Source: Takakia lepidozioides (taxonomy: Eukaryota; Plantae; Bryophyta). Taken from it: 64,000 bases of DNA. Shown here one piece after another: positions 57,421 to 64,000 of the stretch. The notes beneath the pieces are model-generated. The model searched no databases, was not told the DNA's origin, and saw nothing but the letters and a program-made list of their open reading frames with translations. The position numbers and the translations under genes are program-made. Position 1 is the first letter of the stretch; each line of letters opens with the position of its first letter. The stretch is from positions 58,590,001-58,654,000 of the forward strand of contig CM060731.1 of the NCBI GenBank assembly GCA_030704615.1. Direction: 5' to 3'.

Positions 57421-59940
57421 TGTAGCCTTTTGGCCCTACATATCCTCTACAAGGAGGTGCTATTCCGTGAGCCCGGAGGCGTGAGCCTGTGAGCCCAGGA
57501 GCCCGTGAGCCCAGCACAGGCTCACGCCACGTCAGCATTCCGGAGCGAACATGCAGGGCCTATTACTGGGGGTGTCACCTATTACCGCGGGTTGATCAGC
57601 CCTTTCCAGGGAATGCAGACTGGATGTGTTATGGATTTCTATCCATTGCATCCATTTAGACGTCATTAACATACCAAGCCCTTGCATGGGAATGTGGCTA
57701 CGTCGTGAGCAAGTGCACACTCACATCATCCAAAGCGGATCCCTGCAAAATGTTTTCTTACTCACCACCCTTGCGAACATGTATGTGCGGGAGCATCATG
57801 GATGCTCACCAGAAGAATGCCTGAACGATCTTTGATCACGTGGACTTTAATCCTCATCCCTCCATCTCTCATCATCTTCAGGCACATCACTGCCTTCTTC
57901 ATTAACATCCTCCTCCTCATCCACTGGAGGTAATAGTTTAGCCTTGCTTCTGGTGACAATCATTGTACTTACTTCTGGTACAAAACATGGCATAACCATG
58001 TGAGCTGTCACTACCGGGCTCTCTTTCACAGGAGCTCTCATCTCATTTTGATGTCTGATCCAGAATGGACAGGCTCCCTTGTGATGTCCTGCCTGGTTAC
58101 AATAGTAATACAGTTCTTCACCATTGGGTCCTTGCCCTTGGTCTATTCTGGGATTATTTCTATAATCCTGATTCCCTGGCTGGTAATTCCCCCTTGGATT
58201 ACCCTAATAGTTGCCTCTGGGATTGCCTTGGTAATTCCCTCTTGGATTACCTCTTCCTTCCATACCATTGTTATATCCACCAGGCCTACCATAGTGGTCC
58301 TGGTCATTGTTTCTTCTTGGTTGGGGCTGCACTTGATGCACCCTCACTTGCCTAGGTTCCCTTATAGTTGTTTTCCTGTTGTAATAACAACTCTCACTGG
58401 AATGGTTATCCATCTTACAGATGGCACAGTGCTTCTCTTTCATATGGCACTCAGTTGTGGTATGGCCTTCATTTTGGCATTTTGAACATCAGGCTCTCTT
58501 CCTCCAATGGGTTGCAGCCTCTGTTGCATATTTCTTCAAGATTTCTTCCAATCTCTTTTCATAGTTGTCCTTCTTCAACTTTTCCTTCTTCTTGTTCTTC
58601 CTCTTGAGCTCTTTTTTTTCTTCCTCATCTGACTCATCTTCGGAGTCATCATCATCCCTCTTATCCTTCCTGCGCATTCCTAATTGCTCAATCCTGTTGG
58701 CTGTTTCGAATGCTTCGACCTCCACTGTACGATGGGGTAGCATATCCACTTTCTTTTGTAATTCTGGTCTTAGCCCACTCACAAACCAAGTCTTCTGTAA
58801 CCCCGCTGCTAGTATAGCAGCCAGCTTTCTTATCATTACCATCTTCTCCATGTATTCCTCAACAGTTTCATGCTTCTTCTGTATCAACTATTGTAAACTA
58901 CTATACATCTCGTCCTCAATTTTGCTTGTCCTGAATCTATTCAGGAATGTTGTGCTAAGGTCATCCCAGGTTTGGAAATGATCATCAAGAAATCCACTCA
59001 CTTGCTCTCTTGATAAGTGAACAAGGGAATAATCTTAACTTTGAATCATCATCATTTTCATTGTTCACTATGCACATTTTCTCAAGCTGATTGACTGTAC
59101 ATCTGGATTACCTTTCCCTCCATAGATTGAGAAAGGTGGTTTCGCTCGAGTTGGGGCCACTGCTGCCATCTGTGGCCCTACTCCCTGCCCTACTGCTGGT
59201 GCTGGTCCTCCTGTAGGTTTTGGCCCTCCTGTAGGTGCTGGCCCTTGAGGACTTGCTGTAGTTATGGTTGAACTTCCACCAGGTGCTAGCCCTTGAGCAC
59301 TTCCTGCTATTGCCCCCCCTGTATTTGCAATATCCCCAACACCAGTTGAACTACTTCCCACACTCCCTGTCCCCCCAAAACCAGATCCAAGTTGCCGCCT
59401 GATCCCCCTGAGCCAACACCTGTGTTGGCCTGTGATCCAAGTGCTCCACTTGGCCCAGGTCCAACAGGTTGGGATGTCCTAGTTGTGGTCTCAACCTCAA
59501 CTGTTGGGTCTACGTCTTCATACCCCTCGTCTTCCAAGTTCTTATCTTGGATTTCTTCTTCCTCACTCATATAACTCAACTGAAGTGGTGTTGGAGTGTC
59601 TGAACTCTCCGATGGCCCTTCTTCATCCTCCTCCCTGTCGTTAGCTGATGTATTAGAAACTGGTGTTCCTGCTCTGGGTGTACCGTGCCAACTTTGATCA
59701 AAGATTTCTGTCAAATCCTTAATCCAGGGATTCCCTTCAGTTCTTTCCCTTTATACTTGATCTTCTTCTTCCACTAGATCTTTTAATCTCTCATGTAAGG
59801 AATAAATAGGTGTGATATCTAAACTAGAATCTTCAGGTATAGATGATGAACTCTCTCCTATATTATCTCTCGTATATGCATGGATTTCTTTCAAGCTTTA
59901 ATGTACCCTTGGCTAGACTAGAAAGCAAGACCGTGTCCCA
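57421..59940 (-). mobile_element. Ty3/gypsy gag fragment (pol deleted)
   Basis: QKKHETVEEYMEKM...WFVSGLRPELQKKV (retrotrans_gag), HCAICKMDNHSSESCY knuckle, (N/G)PRGNY repeats and VTRSK. GTGAGCC tandem repeats at 57467-57525. Confidence 0.75.
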
Positions 59941-60337
59941 AGAAACCAAACCAAGAAACCAAACCATTTTAATGCGAATTTAAAGAACCACCTGCTATCC
60001 GATGGTCTTTGTAAGAGTGACCAGCAAAGTCTAAATCAAATGCGAACCCTGGGGATTGTGTGAGGTTTGTATCTATGAGTATGTTTGATAGTTTTAGCAT
60101 AAGGTGTTAGGATGTTGGTTGATTTTTTTTTGAAAAGCGGCTATGTTCCTTTGGGGGAGTGGGGATAGAATTTTGAATTGAGGTGATTGGACATGTATGG
60201 GTGGTATAGGTCTAAAGGGAGCAATCAAGTGTTGCGTCCGCCACCGTTGCTGTTGGAAAGGTCTCCGGTTCGAATCTGGTCGTAAGCTATGTGGAAAAAA
60301 ATGATTAGATATGGCTTGCTTAATATATTGATGCACT

Positions 60338-60804
60338 TGGTGGAGCCCCGCAAACCGGGTTGCGGTCGGGGGGACTCCAGAGGGGTGGTGGTAGCTTAGG
60401 GAGTCGTAGTGGGGGTGGCATAGGACTCACCATGAGGCTGAGGCCTTGTGGTGGGAGTCATGGGGAGTCACCACGGTCCATTGGGGCCGTGGTGGGTGGA
60501 CCAAGACTCACCGCAACTCTTCAGAGGGAGTTGAGGGTCTTGGTGATGGTGCACGAGATTTGGACTTGGCTGTTTGTGGAACCCCCGCGGAAACCTACAG
60601 AAGTATATATATGGAGTAGTAACCCCGAGAACGGTGCAAGCCCGTTGGTGACCAAAAGCTAGTGAGTAAGCATGCAAGCCGGAAAGCGACCAATGCGTAG
60701 GGAACTACTCCGAAGAGTGAGAGAGAAGACTCCGGCCGAAGCCGGCGTAACTAAGAGCCACTTCGTCTTGCGGCTACTGCCCCCTTTTGGGGGTGGGCCC
60801 TACA
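60338..60804 (+). repeat. 5'-truncated LTR related to the Galadriel-like LTRs
   Basis: 60340-60710 is homologous to the reverse complement of about 26640-27018. It has its own 3' end ...GGGCCCTACA. No TSD found. Confidence 0.8.
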
Positions 60805-63800
60805 TAATGAGGGGGGGTGTCATGTGGGACACCTGATGACGTTCGAGAATGGAGGGGATAGTGGTACCCCTGGGTACCTTGGGGACCCTGTTTGGGTAGC
60901 GATCATGGCAAAATGTGAAATCAATAAAATTGATGGTGAGTTGTGGGGATGGGGAAGTGGGGGGCACAATGTTGATGGGTAGGCCATGTACTAGGAGTAT
61001 GTCTGGGCATAGCCTAGCTGGGCAAGAACATGGTGTTCGAGTGCATATGCATGGTAGCGGCCATGGTGGTACAATGTGGTCAGGTGGCCGGCCTTGGTAG
61101 GTGCCAGCGTTCATGAGAGAGAACCATCGAGTTTCAGCACGTTTTTTTAAAAGCTTATGGAGGTGCCATATTGCCTGGTTATGTCTCGTAATATGTAGGC
61201 CATGTATGATCGGGTGCGTACATTGGCTGAGGAGATGCGGCCAGGTGTCACGTGCTTGGTGGGTGGTAGAACATAGCGGGCAGTATGGGGATGGGAATAG
61301 GTGCGGCCAAAAGATGTGTTTGCGTTGGTGGCCCATGTATTGGGCATACCTAAATTTGACTGTTTGTCGGATTTGTGCGTTAGTGGTGGCTTTGGTTAGC
61401 TAGAAGTGGTTAGAAAGTTTATGGTGCAGTATATCGGATTGAGTCCATTTTTGTATGTGTACTTTGGTATGGCCGATGGAGGCGGCAGCTTGTTTGTTTG
61501 TTTCTTTGGTCAAAGTGGTCAAAAGGTTGCGGACTGGTCTAGGTGCAGGGGGGTCTGGGACTGGATGTATGAACCAGAAGGGGTGGGTGTGTGCGATGTG
61601 GATATGATCATTTGTTGATATTACTGGGGGTTGGGAAGCACCAAGTTGAGCGAGTAAGTCTGCTTCCTCATTGCATGAATACCAGTATGTGAGTGGACTT
61701 TGAGCAGATGTACTGGGTGGTTTATAGAGGTGGCTTTCTGAGCAATGGCAGCAATAAGGTTACGGTTGGGGTGATGATGCTGGGAAGAGGGGCGGGAGAC
61801 GTGGTTATAGATAAGATATAGGGAGGTGAGGCTGTAAGTGAAGATATAATATGGGGGGGGGGGGGGGGGGGGGGGGGCGTCGAGCAGGGAGAGGGCGTCG
61901 TGGATGGCCATGAGTTCCGCTCGTAGAATGGTGGCAGGGTCAGGGAGCCGGAGGGCAACCCCTTGACCGTTGCCGACATGGTAAATTCCATATCCTGCAG
62001 TATGCTTGGTAAGGGATCCATCAGTGTAATGTGAGTTTGTTGGGGATATTTGAGGGTGGTGTTTTGTCGATATATTGAAGGAAGGGGGGGAGGGGTGTTG
62101 TTTGTGTTACTTGGAAAGGGCGCGGTTGCGCTATGCCCCAGGCTTGATCCGGAAGGGTGTGGTTGCACAGGTGTGGAGGGGTGTATATGGGAAGTGGATG
62201 GTGGCCTTCATTTTATGAGTTATGCTTAATAGCTACTCGAGTTGGTGACAGAAGAGTGTCGGTATGTCTGTATGTAGGGGGTGCTGAACGTGTAGGATCA
62301 GGGTTAGGGTAGGTTCTTTCCGTCTAAGGTATTTGGGGAGAGGGGGGGTATGAGTATATTTAAGTTGATTTGGATCAATTGTGGCTAGTAGGTTGACCCC
62401 TACCGGGAGGCGTAGTAAAGGGTGGGAGGTACTGGGTGTGTTTTGCTGTGTGAGGATGAGGATTGTGGGGGTGGAGGGGACGAGTGAGCTGCAAATCGTG
62501 CCCAGTGGAGGGCTTCGTGAGAAAGGGGCCCGGGGGGGGGGGGGGGGGGGAGCCCCTGCCTTCCCGGATGTGCTGAGTAGCACTGACTGTGGCTCCAAAA
62601 ATATACTCTCGATGATGTGGACTGGAAAATGTGTTCAGTTCCATCGGGCATGTCAGTGAGCTGGAATAGTACTTACGAGTGAGTGAGCTGAAAGGTGTTG
62701 ATAAGTAAGGCAAGAATATCTTGTGGTATTGTTTGATGTGCACATGTCGTTTCGAGTTGGCGAGGGATCTTGGTTTCTTGGGAGGGGTGTCCTTGAGGTA
62801 TCGATCAACTAGCCAATATATTTTGGTAGCAAAGTCTTGTTTCGGGGATTGCTAAACCCTGAGCAGAATTTGTGAGCAGAATTCTGCTCACGCTTCTGGA
62901 TGTGCTCACCTATAACCGCGGACATCTATTCGGCTTAGAGGACCTATTACTGCGGGTAGTGTCCAGTATAACATGCATATTGCTTGGTAAGTTTAGCGTC
63001 TTTGAGGCCGGATAGAACATATTGGATTTGTCGAGATGTACTGCGTGTGGCGCGAAATCCTTCTTGAGGGTCGCTGAGAATTTGGTGTTCTTCGCAATAG
63101 TTTGAGAGCATTGTGGTGAGCGTACTGGTGAATAATTTGTATATGGTGTTGGCCAATGCAATAGGTCTGTAGTGCTGAGGTCCGGAGGGTCGCATTTTTT
63201 TAAAGAGTAAAATGGGAGCGATTGTGTTTTCCAAGAGTGTGGTATACGTTGTAGTTTGTAACATAATTGAAAAATTTGTATATGAGGTGATGGAGTTGAG
63301 GGTCCAATGCTTGAAGTATGGCATTTGGGATAAGATCCGGGCCTGGGGCTTTAGATTTAGATAGTTTTTAAAGACATGATTCGTATAAATCAACTGTGAA
63401 TAGGTCTAGGATGCGATCTGTTGGAGATCTCCTATTGTCTATTGAGAAGCCATCTATGTCGTGCCATGGGTAGTATTAACTTTATATGTGCAGTTGGCAG
63501 TGTGAAGATTTGGATGTAAACAGTTTGTAACTGTGGGTGTGTAGGTTGAGGATGCTTGTGACCATAGTTCTTGGTTGATGTCCAATGGGTTGGTTAGCAA
63601 GTGGCCCAGCTGGTGTTTGAGACAATCGATGGGTGGGTTGAGGGCAGGGTTGAAGATGACTTTGTGAGCTTTTTTGGGGTGGTCGTGTAGCAACTGGTTA
63701 AAGAGGCAACGAACTTTTTGTGGTTGTCTGTAGCTTTTTGTTTAGTGATATTGTAAGCGGCTTTCTTAGCGTCTCTTCCAATCTTGGAGAGAGCGGCTAT

Positions 63801-64000
63801 CCAGTTATGAATGTTATGGGGGTTGTCAAGTCGGGGCATAAGGGCTTGGCATGGGGGTAGGGTGTTTAGGCAGGTGATACGGGAATCCGTTGCCCAATTA
63901 TTCTTTGGGTGTACGGATGTGGTGGTAGGTATAATAGTGAGGGCGCGTCTAATCGTGTGGTATGTATTAAGGTGTGATGTCCATGAACATTTTTATGTGC
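60805..64000 (-). mobile_element. Dualen/RandI-like non-LTR retrotransposon remnant (RT N-part, RNase H, CCHC, restriction-like endonuclease)
   Basis: RT start LLFKK...HYRPIALANTIYKLF...QEGFRATRST. RNase H AIHDAL...YIFTYSLTSL...LLKVHSHTGIH. CPLC...DTWPHLLSQC...ITRHNQAI. RLCPDILL...INFIDFTFCHDRYP. The RT core appears deleted. 60060-60337 probably belongs to the same element. Confidence 0.75.

Noticed and set aside
61853-62550. Long poly-G runs (also 39476, 33718, 18396) as functional G-quadruplex or poly-Pro coding
   Set aside because: They lie in decayed repeats, and homopolymer expansion or sequencing error is a simpler explanation.

Overview
Eukaryotic, intron-rich plant DNA, most likely from a seed-free plant. 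A bryophyte origin is an inference from the transposon families present. Four host genes were reconstructed exon by exon: an F-box-like gene (minus strand, runs off the left edge), an RSZ-subfamily SR splicing factor (minus), a caffeoyl shikimate esterase (CSE) orthologue (minus) and a 16-exon DEAH-box RNA helicase (plus). Most of 12.3-43.8 kb and 53.4-64 kb is nested, decayed transposons. Main points: (1) the RSZ gene has two tandem, paralogous, intact 89-nt RRM exons separated by a 62-nt intron, the layout expected of mutually exclusive exons; (2) a complete Galadriel-type chromovirus (GGATA target-site duplication) sits inside an intron-containing IS3EU/integrase-core-like DDE transposase gene; (3) that LTR element carries two separate internal inversions, one flipping the TATA-containing core of its 3' LTR; (4) a Dualen/RandI-like LINE (RT + RNase H + CCHC + restriction-like endonuclease) lies at the right end; (5) a pseudogene is built from tandem OSB-type PDF ssDNA-binding motifs. 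No rRNA, tRNA or CRISPR array was found. Family assignments come from motif recognition, not database searches.
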